The notes under the pieces: generated by a model
Told to the model about the DNA's origin: nothing
Seen by the model: the letters and a program-made list of their open reading frames with translations, nothing else
Databases searched by the model: none
Position numbers and translations under genes: made by a program
Assembly (NCBI GenBank): GCA_976226885.1
Contig: OZ320320.1
Location: forward strand, 88,288,001 to 88,352,000
From: Iphione sp. A-MEVVRFRX5
Lineage: Eukaryota
Direction of reading: 5' to 3'
Length of the DNA: 64,000 nt
In this document: positions 1 through 12,665 of the stretch, one piece after another
Layout of the letters: each line of letters opens with the position of its first letter
Position numbering within the stretch: the first letter of the stretch is position 1

Positions 1-159
1 ATAGGCATTCAGTGCATATATGTAACAAATTAAACTCCTGGGCCTTACTAATACTGTCCTGGGGTGTTGCTTTATGAAAAGCACAACTGATTGCTAAATT
101 GTATTGCCAGTATATATATCTAATTCAAAAAAGCAATAAACTGCATTGCGCATCCTGTT

Positions 160-1240
160 AATATGGTATTACAATGTGATTTACACTTGATGGTGGAGCA
201 ATAGCTCTATTTGTGATATTTAAGTTTCAAGTTTCAAGTTTCAAGTTTCTTTATTGCCTCTCCGCTATAATGATACAGAGTTATCCGGCCAATAGTAGTA
301 TTGAAAAGAAAAAAAAACAGGTGCAGAATTATCACACAGTTACAGAGTTATATAAGTATGAAACAAAGCACTTACAAGTATAGCGAATAAACATGATGTA
401 TGATAGGTTATTGATTATCACAATATAGTTCTGTAGATTCTCAAGATATGGCGCATCACAACACTTCGTGGAAACAATACAATTATCACAATAAAGTTCA
501 ATAAATTCTAAGACATGACGCTTCATAACATTTCATGGAAATAATGCAATTCGTTAGAAGTATAGCGAATAAACATGACGTATGATAGGTTAACGATTAT
601 CATGATATAGTTCTGTAGATTCTCAAGATATGGTGCATCACAACACTTCGTGGAAACAATACAATTATCACAATAAAGTTCAATAAATTCTAAGACAGGA
701 CGCTTCACCACAGTTCATGGAAATAATGCAATTTGTTAGATACCATCACAATTAAAAATATAGTTGTCATATATATAGTTGTTATTTAAACATCTTTTGT
801 TCTCTTGTATATCATGGCTGTTGTTAAATCAATTACTCCAGTATGTAAATAAGTTGTAGTAAGTTCACTAAATTTTGTGGGCCGTTTGCAAGGACTTTAT
901 CCCAATTTTGAATCCGGGTGTTTGGTATAGTGTCGCATGGAAAAGTAATATGTAACTGCAATTGAAAATTGTAATCATCGGATCTACTATAACAAGTTAA
1001 CATGCTGAAATTGCACGTCCTGCAGATATGGTATTGCATTGTGATTTACACTTGAAGGTGGAGGAAAAGCTCTATTTGTGATATTTAAACATGTGTTGAT
1101 CTCTTGTTTATCCTGGTTGTTGTTCAATCAATGAGTCTAGCATGTAAATAACTTGTAGTAAGTTGACTACATTTTGTGTGTCATTTGCAAGGACTTGATG
1201 CCAAGTTTCAATCTAGGTGATGGGTATACTGTGTCAGGTA
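160..1240. repeat. Diverged ~300-bp tandem duplication; first unit split by an insertion (160-223 + 790-1025 vs 1026-1240)
   Basis: 160-223 (atatggtattacaatgtgatttacacttga...ttgtgatatttaa) matches 1026-1088; 790-935 matches 1089-1240. Confidence 0.7.
224..782 (-). mobile_element. 3' end of a non-LTR retroelement with (CTTGAAA)n tail; contains a 182-bp tandem duplication (376-740)
   Basis: Minus strand reads AATAAA then gaaacttgaaacttgaaac; flanked by TATTTAA at 217-223 and 783-789 (putative TSD). ORFs 332-526 and 523-711 are the duplicated unit. Confidence 0.6.
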
Positions 1241-1399
1241 TAACTTATATGCGTCTGTGATTTAAATGGTGAAAATTGTAATAGTCGCATGCCACAATTA
1301 GTAAACGTAGGTTATGTGTGCGTGTGTCCATATGGACAGAAACTTGATAATGAATGGTATTGACATCAACTGATATGTTTCATCTGAGCATGTTGTTAT

Positions 1400-1830
1400 T
1401 ATTCTTACCTTATCGTTATATACTGTTGTCACTGATATCTCTGTACATGTCCTATAGAGATGACAAAAAAGTATTCTCAATTCTCAATCTAGACCATTCC
1501 AGACACCATCAGCCTTATATCTCTGAATGTCCGTATAGTATGCTTCACGGCTTTGGCATGACTACCCTTGGGCCCTTTCTTTGGCAAGTACTTGATGGCT
1601 CCTTGGTAGGCAACAGACCATGCGCAGAGCAAGGCATGGGAGTCCATGGGAAGTACACTTGTTATCTCGTTTATGACCACATTGAAGGCAGGAACCCTGA
1701 GGCATGCTGCAGTTCAGTGACTGGTCAGAAGAAGATTCACCAGCACACCAAACAAATTGCACACTGCTTTCCAAGTAGGATTGCACCAGTCTTCCCACCC
1801 CTGCTCCTGCATCCATGCATGCTAGAGCAT
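1400..1830 (-). mobile_element. Degenerate LINE reverse transcriptase fragment (CR1/L2 group)
   Basis: LVQSYLESSVQFVWCAGESS...SMPQGS resembles the SYL..R.Q.V...GVPQGS RT motif; frameshift into VINEITSVLP...ALL preceding the expected YADD position. Confidence 0.6.
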
Positions 1831-2899
1831 TGACAATGCTGGTGATTGGAGATGAATTAATACAAATTAAAAATGAAATTGAATATGATTTTGGCCTCTG
1901 AAGGTCAGACCAAGGAGCATCTCTAGTAGGTCTTCCTGGTGTTTTACAATCAATATATTTTGTATTATTACTGTAAACATGAGAGTTGCAATGAACATTT
2001 TTCTTCTACCATTCATTGTTTGAATTATGTACTTTACACCACTAGTCCTGAACCTTCAGAACGTTTAAATGTACATAATAGATTTAATAATACAAAGTTC
2101 TGAGTCAAATTGACCAGAATTGACCTAGGTTAGGCACATAAATGAGAGTTTACATGCACTATGACTGAGGGTTACAAACTTTGACAAGAAGGTTGCAAAC
2201 TATGACAAAAGGGTCGTGAACTTGGAGCACAAAGCCAACACCACAGCATCAGATTCAATATCAGCCTTTTATTCTTCTTCAGCCACTAGTACAGTGCGTC
2301 AGCAATTCAGCAGCAACAGGAAGGCAAGTTGGACAAGAGTGTCGGACCGCTCAGGTTATATACTCTACTTGCCAACAATGACAACACAGTTTACTTGCGT
2401 CGACCAGACTTAGTCATTTATTACATGTCAACAACACAATAAGTTGTTATGACTTAGGTATCATGACATCACTAGTGCCCGGCATCCAGGGTCTCATAAA
2501 GGATCACTGATAACACCTTCAATGTTCACAAAGTGACTCGACACGAAATACAATGGCTTTACACTGTTGTATAGGATTAGTTCCACTTAACACTGATACA
2601 AATAACACAAGTTCTTGCCAAACAAAAATCTTGTTTTTGCAACTTACAGTACTTTGTAATAAGGCTTTACTGCAGTGTTTCTATCTGTACACTATGCATG
2701 AACCACATAATATAACATTATTTTCTTGTGTGGTAGCTACACATTGGTTCAAACATCATACAATGTACCCTTTTAAGAACACCATTTCTATCAACACATC
2801 ATCACCTTTATCAGAACTGTGCTACAAACTATTGGTATAAAATGATTCTTATTTCTCCTGCCTTATCAAAGAGCTCTGAGGATCGTGCTTGTATGCGTT

Positions 2900-3373
2900 T
2901 GCTCTGCAGAATAACGAATCAACTAAAGCTGTAAACCTGTTTCATCTTGATTTGCATTATACTGTAGTGGTTTGATCTCAGCCTGGAACAATTATCTTTC
3001 AAGCATTGAAGAACTGTGATTTGCTAGGTTAAGTTGTAGAGTTACAAAACTGAAACCTTGGGTCTTGAGTCAGGATTATTCTGACTTGAGTCAAGGAGAA
3101 GTGGGGTGTTGTAGCAATTTGCAGAAATTACTATTGGAAGCAGAGGAATTCTGACTTTGCTGTTTTGAAGGTGTTAATTATTGGTAAAATTAGTTGATTG
3201 GTTATGTCACATGGCCACCTTTAGGGCCAAGGTCTGTATATAAGGGTCCTACTTCCTGAATAAAGGGTTAGTCTCTCATTGCACTAATGACAGACAACAT
3301 TGAACTCATATTCTAAGTGGACATTCTTTATTTCACGAACCATCATTCATCTGAGATAACAGGACATGTTACA
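2900..3373 (+). mobile_element. LTR-retrotransposon 3' remnant (internal end, PPT and LTR), family copy 1
   Basis: Purine tract aaggagaagtgggg followed by TG...gttACA (about 3107-3373) containing tgtatataaggg and AATAAA; homologous blocks at 6720-7104 and 35976-36174. Confidence 0.55.
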
Positions 3374-3436
3374 AAACTACCATCTCCAGTAAACTGCATG
3401 GTCACTGGTAATTTAAAATGCAGACAACACTAGAAA

Positions 3437-6290
3437 TGAATGAATGAATGAATAGTTTATTGAGTCCTCCACTCATACTTGCACAGTATGCTATTGGTAT
3501 GGAGGGCTCAGTGCCAGTCCTTCAACACTTTATTCTTTGCTGGCCTGACCCTTTACAATCACACTTTACCAGATTTTAGCCAACGCTTTAGAAGCGTAGC
3601 AAAATTACTTCTATCACTTAGTACTAATTCTGCTGGAAGTCGATTCCATTCCTCTGCTCCCATATACGTGGCACTTCTCCTTACTCTTTCATGTTTAGGT
3701 TTATCCAGTTTAATCTGTCCTTGTATTCCCATTCTGGTCCTTCCTCTTACAGTGACACAATAAAATGATAAACAGCACATATCATTAACCACTTTCAACA
3801 AAGCAAATTTACGCCTTTCCCAAACATTTAATATCCCATTACTTCCTAACCAAGCATCTACTTCCTCCCTACTGTCCCATTCATTTAACATACTCCCCCT
3901 AATTGCCCTATACCAAACTGCCTCTAATCTATGCAGGTCCAGTCTCCCTGCTCCCGTAGTTAGCCATAACCCATAGTCAATATGTGGTGTAACTAACGAG
4001 ATAAATAACTTCTTCATAAAAAAATTCCCTAATGTATATTTCATCCTCCTCAACAAAAAACAGACTATTAATTTTCTTAATCTTATTATTAATAAATGCA
4101 CCAAAATTTAATTTATTGTCTATTAAAAATCCCAAAAAATTAAACTCCAAAACCTGCTCCAACAATACCCCACCTATTGTCAAGTCCAATTTAAATCCCT
4201 CTGCCTTACCCACCATCATACATTTGCTTTCACCAAACAATTACTACTACACCATTCCACAATACAATCTAGAGTATATTGAGCCTTTTTTCGTAGTGCC
4301 ATTGCATTTAAAACCCAACTTAAAACTGTTATATCGTCCGCATAAAGTATCAAAGAAGACGGAAATTCAATTGAAAAAATACCATTTATCATTACTAAAA
4401 ACATCCACAGCCCTAATAGTGAGCCTTGAGGTACCCCCTTATCGATGACTGACCAACCCGAATATTTCCCGTTACAAAAAACCTGTTGCTTTCTGTGTGA
4501 TAAATAAGATTCTATCCAATCTACAACTCTACCCTTCATCCCCCAAGACTGTAACATTTTTAATAACAATGTGTGGTTAACCAAATCGAAAGCTTTTGTC
4601 ATGTCTAAAAAAGAAACACTAATATATCTGCCTAAATTAATATTGCTCATTAATTCTAAGACCCCCACCGCTAGTTGCGTACCCCTACCTGACCTAAACC
4701 CAAACTGTTTCTCATTTAATAAAGCATTACCCTCCACATATTCTACCAATTGCCCCCAAACTATCTTCTCTAAAATTTTACCCGGCATGGGTAGCAGGGA
4801 GACTGGCCTGTAATTCCCTCTACTTAAAGGACTCCCCTTTTTAAATAGAGGAATAACAGTGGCTTCCTTCCAGCCATCCGGAAAGACACCTTCCCTCAAC
4901 GACTGGTTAAGAAGCCCTACCCAAAAATGCACTGTCAGTAACATTGCCTCCCTTAGTACCCTACTAGTAATGTCTTTTAACCCTGATGGTTTCATATCTT
5001 TTTGTTGTTTAATCACTTTCACAACTTGACCAACTGAAACCTCCTTGAACATTTTCAGTTTCTATGCGATAATCCACATCCTTCCTATTCGTTTGTTTAC
5101 TAATCTCATCAACACTTTCAATAAACTATGCATTCAAGCTTTCACATACTTTATCAGATAACACATCGTTTCCATCCACTCTCAACGCTTTTTCTTTTCT
5201 CCTGTCCCTCTTCCCAAAAACATACTTATTCAAAACACTCCATACCTTTCTTTCATTTCCCAAAGCCTTTTGCAAGTCATCCCGCACACGTTCCCTACGT
5301 TCTCTAATTACCTGCTGATTTATACTATTTCTATAATAATTTGCTATCCTCCTATAGTCAGTAACTCCAGTGAATCTCCATTTTCTCATAAAATAATCCC
5401 TCTCCCTGCGCATCTCCATTACCCTATGTGAATACCCTACAGACGTTATCTTACCCACTTTCCTATCCTCTAAAGGAGCTATGTCATCCAAAATTTCCTC
5501 AATCTAAGATATCCAAAAGTTCAATTTTTCATTTACTGAGGCATCAATCGGTATATCCCATCTTCTTTTCCTAATCTCATTTTCAAGTTTTACATATGAA
5601 TAGCCTCTGTAACATCTTCGTTTAACTACTTCATAACCCTCCCTATTCCTCCTATGTTTAAAATCGACAAATGTTACCCAGTGATCACTATTCCCCGTAA
5701 CAATCACCCCACTACCTCTATAATGTTTAGTTGAAACATAAATGTGATCCAAACAACTTCCTCGTATGTATGTAGAATGCTTTATCAATTGCTGCAATCC
5801 CATACTACTAGCAAAGTCCTCACACAACTTTCTGTCCCTATTACACTTCATCCAATCCACATTCATATCACCTATTACACAAACTACTCGTCTACCTCTA
5901 TGTCTAATTTTTCCCATCAATTGCACCAAAATATTTAAGAAACTATTTAAATTCCCATCTGGAGCCCTATAAACTAACAATATATATTGCATCTTACGGT
6001 TTCCAGGTTTACAACGTACCATCAAAATATCCCCTTCCCTACCACTATAACATCCCTCATCCACACATTCAGTCTCAAATGATTCATCCACATATAACAA
6101 TACTCCCCCACCCCTTTTTTTATTTGCTTGTACAGTATCCCTATCTTTAACCAAGTTTCTACTATACCCAAAATATTACATTTCCTACTTTTAAATATTA
6201 ATTCTACCTCCCCCAGTTTCCCAAGAATACTCCTGCAGTTCCAGGCTGCGAGCCTAAGAACTGTCATACCAGTGACACAATACAGACAAA
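3437..6290 (-). mobile_element. CR1/L2-group LINE, near-complete but inactivated ORF2 (APE endonuclease + RT) with (TTCA)n tail
   Basis: APE motifs AAWNCRSI, GIVETWL, IGDMN, CLDHIY, SDH (5504-6267); RT motifs NYRPVSLLP, QFGFR, FLDMTKAFD, GVPQGSLLG, YADD (4216-5052); C-terminal WNRLP; AATAAA plus (ATTC)n at 3437-3460; several frameshifts and stops. Confidence 0.95.
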
Positions 6291-6719
6291 TTGCACTGGA
6301 GATGATGCTTGGTTATGAGAAACAAAGAGAGATCATGCACATAGATTATGCAACAGTACAGTGGGCACCTATCTTGTTACTAAAACGAAATGTTCTTGAT
6401 AAATAGTGTAACAATAAAATGTACACCGCATCGGTCCGGTATGATTCTCAGCCTTTATCCTAAAAACAGTAGTACAGCAGTGGAAGGGTCCAAGGAGGGT
6501 GCACTATCAGCCTCCATAAATACCATTTAACATCACAGACCAACATCACATAGTATATCCCTGAAAAGAAAGTAATGGCTAAGGTTTCAAAATTCATTTT
6601 GATGTTAAAGTTATTTATCTTACTATGCTCGATGCAGCACTTGAATCAGAGATGTTGGCCATCCAGCCTTTTAATCTTCCAGGGGCAATAACAAATAAAG
6701 AGAAAACAAATAGGCAGTG

Positions 6720-7104
6720 GCCATTTGAATTTGGTTGTGTAGCAGTTTGGCCTCAACCCAGAATAAGACTTGTATCTGGTAACATTTAAGGTCTCGAGCC
6801 TTGGAACTATTCGAACTTGAGACATGGAAAGGCAGGGCTTGGTGCAATCTGCAGATATTTCTACATGAAATGAAGGAACTCTGACTCAATATGGGATTAG
6901 GCACTTAAGAGTTAATTGTTTCTATATTCAGGTGATTGATTGCATCATCCAGGCTAATTTTTGAGTTAGACTTTGTATATAAGGGACCTGCTTTCCTGAA
7001 TAAGGGTCAATCTTTTACTGCACTTAAGAAGAACAACACTGAACACAGATTTCCTGTTGAGATTCTTTATTTAGGGAGCCAACACTCATCAGAGAAACGT
7101 TACA
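6720..7104 (+). mobile_element. LTR-retrotransposon 3' remnant, family copy 2
   Basis: Shares ggtct(t/c)gag...acttgag, a purine tract, tgtatataaggg, cctgaataa and attctttattt with 2900-3373, and ends in gttACA. Confidence 0.5.
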
Positions 7105-7884
7105 GTTGTAATGTCATTTGATAGGTGGTTATCTAAATGGAGCTATTTACTTAACCGAAACCATTTCAATGCACCTAACACTTCATAAGTTAATTTTTCC
7201 ACAACCATGGCAGAGCTGTTGGGGGATAGATGCGGTCTCCTTCATATCAAAACCCGAATTGAAGTCAGACATCAGCAAAATTATATTGCCTGAACATTCC
7301 TTTCAGTGATTCCATGCCAGGAAAAATTTATTTACCCTCAAGGTGAATGCTCAATAACATTATTTTAAATTTCTATTTGTGACCAGTTCTGGCAAAATGA
7401 GTCAGAGGTCGCAGGGGCTGAAACCGAGATTTGGGCCTCTGAAGTCAGATGTCGGTCTAATTATAAAAAATGGGGTTTTGATTGTTTTCATAACTATCAT
7501 GTCTGAAATTTTTTCTGTGTAAATATTAGACCCCCACAATGACTTTAAGTACTTGCAATATTGCTGTGAAGTGTGTTGAGTGCACAAAGAGAATAGAACC
7601 CTGCTTGGGGCTATTTTTCCAAACTTCAGCAGCTCACCTTGTGCTCCTCCCATCATGCTAGGCCCACAGGTCAACCTATTTTTTGTATAATGCATAGCTG
7701 TTTAGTGACTTAAGTGTGATTATTAAGAGTCTTCTATTAAACAATTGTTCAGTATTTTATTACAGTATCTCGTATCGAGTAGCTGTAAAGACCTACACTT
7801 GATTTTAAACTGCTCGTTTTGGTAGCTATTGACTATGTTGGCTTTGATGTAAAGATGCCAAGCCCTCCCTAATTTTTTGTTTTA

Positions 7885-8089
7885 CCCTTTCATCATGAAT
7901 CGCATGTATTCTTCTAAAGAGACTTTGCCATCACCATTGGTATCAGCTTTCTTGAATACTGAGTTGAGTTCCTCCTTTCTTTCAGCTGGCATAAACTGAA
8001 AAATCCATGCAAGATCCTCCTGTGTTATGAAACCATCACTGCAATCCATGGTATCATAATAGTTAAACTCCTGCTGGATAACATATGCT
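7885..8089 (-). CDS. EF-hand Ca2+-binding protein, exon with two EF-hands (AYVIQQEFNYYDTMDCSDGFITQEDL...FKKADTNGDGKVSLEEYMRFMMKR)
   Basis: Acceptor ttttttccAG at 8090-8091; canonical loop DTNGDGKVSLEE; phase matches the upstream exon. The 3' boundary is uncertain (GTAAAC donor at 7884, or read-through to a stop near 7730). Confidence 0.85.
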
Positions 8090-8584
8090 CTGGAAAAAAA
8101 AATCTTTAAAATAATATGTCTCTATTTTGAATGCAACCTATAGTGGATTATCAGGCCAACTCAAAGGTCAATGAGTTTAAGAATTAAGATTTCACAAAGC
8201 CACTGACAATATGTTGAATATCATATTGTTACAAGTACATAATTTAGGATCTACACAGAAGAATTCTAGCAATACTGATGGGCAGGGACTACCCATAGAG
8301 ATAATTTAAACTGGACTAACCACCCATGCAGTACCTGTTGTTGTTCCATAACTGTGGTCACCATGTTCAAAGGGCAAGAAGAACTAGTGGAGGATGTTTA
8401 GGTACAAAATTATTTCTTTGACTTAAATTTTGTTACAAGAGCAAATCTCTTACTTTTTCTTCTAATAGATTGAATGTTATGCTGTCTAAATCATTTATAT
8501 AATATTAGAATATATAATAGCAAATATTGATACATTGAGTGAACAACATGATGATCATGATATTACAGACTGTTTCATACATAC

Positions 8585-8676
8585 TTGATAGCATTTGTTT
8601 CATCCAGAGCAATCTGGAGCTCCTCCATGGTGTCAATTGTTCCACTCCCATTTTGGTCACCAGCCTGCATTACTTC
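8585..8676 (-). CDS. EF-hand protein exon (EVMQAGDQNGSGTIDTMEELQIALDETNAIK)
   Basis: tttcctttcAG acceptor, GTATGT donor, 92 nt, phase 0 to 2, EF loop DQNGSGTID. Confidence 0.9.
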
Positions 8677-9214
8677 CTGAAAGGAAAATCTTTTCATTTC
8701 CCAGTTGTCATCCTAAACAGTACATTTTTCACAGTGCAGAGAAAATAGAACAATGTTACATTCTGAAGACTAGTTAAAAATGTATCCATGCTAGCGACAC
8801 AAAACAGTTATGTCAGTAATAGGTAAATGCATAAATAAAAACTAATAACAAACTTTGAAATCTGTAATACAATCCATTTTTCTATACATGATGTCCAAAT
8901 TATCTAGCTCCTCATTACTGATATCGAACCTAACAGAGTGAAATTAATAATTTGTTGGTCAGCATGCCTCTTAAACAATAGGGTTTTTAATCAGTCCTGT
9001 ATAAGCTGATTTCCAATTTTAACATAGTGATGCTATAGGTAAGTAACTCTTGCATGATTAAAAGTAGAGTGACTTCAATTTGTCCATATGTAAGGTGACT
9101 GTGACATACACATATATTGAGCGGCCCCAAATTTCTTATATATCGATTGACTGTGACATATTAATGTGACATGGTCTCTTAGTACAACTCTGTAAAAAGT
9201 ATGCATGTACTTAC

Positions 9215-9329
9215 ATCAACATATGGACCTGGAGCAAAGCCTAACATTTCTTCGAGCAAGGGAACCAATTCTTCCCTACTGAGGCCAAATTTCCCATCAT
9301 TATCATATTTTTTAAAGATTGATTGCAAC
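9215..9329 (-). CDS. EF-hand protein exon (LQSIFKKYDNDGKFGLSREELVPLLEEMLGFAPGPYVD)
   Basis: gtattttAG acceptor, GTAAGT donor, 115 nt, phase 2 to 0, EF-like loop DNDGKFGLSREE. Confidence 0.9.
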
Positions 9330-9647
9330 CTAAAATACAATAATAATGTTTACATGATAAACATAAACCACATCAATCAGGCATTTAGTGCACTTGAGCT
9401 TACTTGATATTGGGTATTATTTCAAAGTGATTATAAGTATTTAGCTTATAACAGCTTAGAGTATGACTAAATAATTATATTAATATAGGGTAACTTGTTG
9501 TAAAAGCAGTTTTACAACATGTGGTTTATAGGCATTGATATTGATTACTATATTCAAGTATACTGTAGAGTATTAGGTTGATATGGAGTCTGTTTCATAG
9601 CATTCAATAACATATCCTCTTGAAAAGGAACTGCTTCTTTCTTTCAG

Positions 9648-9781
9648 GCTTATTCTTATGTAGGCCTGGTCTTAGATGACGCGAAATTCAAAAGGAACGA
9701 ACAAGGTCCATTCAGAATATCTAGTTCCCTGGAAATGGAGGACATATGCTGGATCCAACCCTCCCGAGAAATAGTGACAGA
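9648..9781 (+). other. Candidate coding exon of an unidentified plus-strand gene, antisense within the EF-hand gene intron
   Basis: Strong acceptor ttctttctttcAG; one open frame (AYSYVGLVLDDAKFKRNEQGPFRISSSLEMEDICWIQPSREIVT); GTAACT donor. No recognised homology. Confidence 0.25.
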
Positions 9782-10065
9782 GTAACTCTTTTATACAGGA
9801 AAATGTGGCCCTTTAATACAGAGTGTGGCTCTGAAATTAGCCACAAGATTCCACAACAAACATTCTTGGTAATAACATTGCATTAAACCTTTAAAAAATG
9901 AGAGTTGGAAGATTAGTCAGAGCATGAGTTGGAAATTACATATTTGTACCTTAATATAGACCAAGTTGGAATCGGGTTCAGGCCAGGAACTTCACTTTAG
10001 TACAATTTATTTAAGTACTAGACCATATTTGCTATTTTCTAGTGAAATGATGGTTTAATACTAAC

Positions 10066-10157
10066 TTAGCTGTACCAGACTTCCTAAGTGCCAAATCAAG
10101 CTCCTCGAGGCTGTTGATTGTACCACTGCCATCCATATCAGCAATGAGCATTACCTC
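10066..10157 (-). CDS. EF-hand protein exon (EVMLIADMDGSGTINSLEELDLALRKSGTAK)
   Basis: ttctcttttAG acceptor, GTTAGT donor, 92 nt, phase 0 to 2; paralogous to exon 8585-8676. Confidence 0.9.
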
Positions 10158-10187
10158 CTAAAAGAGAATTACCTTCAGAATGATATA

Positions 10188-10365
10188 CAGTGGAACCTCT
10201 CTACTATGGGCAGCAAAGGGACTGACTCAAAAGTGTCTATAAAGAGGGGTGTCCTTTACAGAGGGGGTATTTAAACATGCTTATATAGATTTGGTTCTGT
10301 TTCCAGCCTGTCTATAGTAGGAGGTGTCCTTTATAGAGGGTGTCCTTAGTAGAGAGATTCTACTG
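10188..10365. mobile_element. Tc1/mariner-pogo-type MITE (178 bp)
   Basis: TIRs CAGTGGAACCTCTCTACTA / TAGTAGAGAGATTCTACTG (17/19 match), flanked by TA on both sides. Confidence 0.9.
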
Positions 10366-10999
10366 TATTTAGTCATAATGCTCTGTTGGCAGCAGTCCAA
10401 TGCTGCAGGATAGAATATTTCAGTGAGGACAAGAAAACAACAGAACGTGTTATGCAACAGACGACAATGCAATATTTATATTCATGCTTAGGAAAAAATG
10501 CATGTAGCAGTCATATCGATTTAACAAAGTTATTTGGAAAGTTCCCCTTACTTTGAACTGAAGGTAATGTAGGAATTCTACTGCATCTGATAAAAGCGAG
10601 ATAGAGATTGTCTTCAGTGCAAATGCTATATTGTGGTTTCTATGTGATATAGTTGCAGTAGAAACTCAGCAGAATGTCAACCAATGTGAAGACCCATTCT
10701 TGATAAAAAGCAAGATTTTCAACTACCAACATTCTTAATAGTACTAAGTCTGTATAAGGTTTTTCTCGGCGAGAGCAGGGCACAAAGTGACGATACACAA
10801 AATAGTTCTGCCCGAGAGAGGGGCGAGAGCCATCTGGTGTCAAATTGTGGAGATACCCTGTTACCCCACCTAGGGTAACCCACCTATGTTGAGATATAGT
10901 AATAGTAATAATCAATTACATGAGGATATGACATTGCATTTGCGTGCGCCCATCATGCGTGTCACCAAATCTCCGAACGATATGTACTTACTGTGAAGT

Positions 11000-12400
11000 A
11001 TGTGTTTGGAATAAATCGTTTTTGCAATTAAAAATATACCTTACCATAGTTTTTGATGTTTTCAATTATAATCTCATACTGAAGGAGTGTGTGGAGTACG
11101 ATATGGGTAAACCACACTTCCACTGATCAGACCATATTTGTCTAACTGGTCCCAATATGTGAAATGCAATAATAATGTTTCAACTATTGTGCCAATGAGG
11201 TCTGGGGTCCCACACCTAATTCTTACGGGGCCCTTCCTCTTCTCTATGGTAGTAAATGACCCGCTTAATTCTCAATTAGTAACTAAATCACTGTTATATG
11301 CTGATGACATTACCATTTATATCACATCATCGAATGTAGTATCCCTCCACTTCAAACTACAGAGGGGCCTAAGAGATGCTTCGGTATGGGCAAGGGGGAA
11401 TGGTTTTTTATTAAATAGATCAACAAAAAATATGGGATTTGGTAAAAGTAAACCTTTTGACCTAGAGCTGTATCTGGATAATGCATGTATAAGGAAAGTT
11501 TCCAAATTTCTAGGCTATAATAATAATCAGTTGAATTGGACTCCAATGGCTCAAAAGGTAAGGAAAAAGGGTAAGGTGTTCGATGGCACCAATTTATTAC
11601 ACCAGGGGGCGACTCCAGGCAGTGTGCCCATTATAAACAGTAGCTCAGTAAGCTGGGTGTCACTGCTGGATTTGTTAGTAAGAACACGGCTGTATGTAGT
11701 ATGACCGTTGAGTGCGACTGTTGAGATTTAAAATCCAAACATGGTTGAAGTACAACTACAAGAGCATACAAAAATGATCAAAGAAATTATGAGAAGAATC
11801 CTAACAATGGAAAAAGCAACTCCAATTAGCAGAATAGCGACCAGAGTCAAGGATCGTCACACGGAAATCTGCAAAGAATCAAGAAGATGGCATCAAAATA
11901 GATACTCGGGACGAAGGCGAGGATGATGCCAATGGACAACCATAAGATGCCTACCTTCCCAACAATGAACCAGATTAAAGCAGCAGCAAGCACCCAGATG
12001 CAAGAACCGCTAGCCACCATGTACCCGAGCATAGTATCAGCCACAGGTAAGACTTCAGACAAATTCTCCTGCAAGTATGTCCACTTGACAAAAGGGGAGG
12101 AAGCAGAGATGGGGTGGCTCACTCTTCACCAATATGTGGCTGGTACTGTAGTATTAGTCTTGGGTAAGAATATCCCAAAGACAACAAGGATGTTATTCTT
12201 AATCACTTAAGCCTAAGAGGAGGCAGGAGCGTTACAGTGGGAGCCAGTCTTCCACTGGGTCACAGAACTGTGGGAGCAGATTATCTCAGGCAAGATATCC
12301 GCGGACCAGACACTGAACATTGATAGGCTTAAATGTAAAGCAGTCAATCCATATCTCTATTCTATCAAACCAACCACAAAACAAGAGAAAGGGGGCTCAA
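11000..12400 (+). mobile_element. Decayed CR1/L2-group LINE RT and C-terminal fragment
   Basis: LTIVFDVF (DLSKAFD-like), SGVP..GPFLF, LLYADD in ORF 11138-11704; degenerate C-terminus downstream. Confidence 0.8.
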
Positions 12401-12594
12401 TGATCTGCCCCGAGTGGCATGTGGCAAAGTGTGAGAAGAAAGAGGATCACCAAGAGGCATCCGTTTAATTTTCCAGGGTCTACGACCGGCCGAGCATTAC
12501 AGACCCGTAGCCAGGAAGTCTTATGGGGGGTATCTCAAATAAAAGAGGTGGAACTCTTAGCTAGAGAGGTGGAACTCCTGGTTAGACAGGTCTT

Positions 12595-12606
12595 CTTTCT
12601 TCTTCT

Positions 12607-12648
<42 letters not shown>

Positions 12649-12665
12649 CTCTCTCTCTCTCTCTC
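12595..12665. repeat. (TTC)n/(CT)n microsatellite
   Basis: Directly visible. Confidence 0.95.

Noticed and set aside
10552-10586. 35-nt minus-strand mini-exon (AVEFLHYLQFK) with good splice sites, as the upstream exon of the EF-hand gene
   Set aside because: It starts in phase 1 and has no similarity to the module; the split exon at 17861/20880 fits both phase and sequence better.
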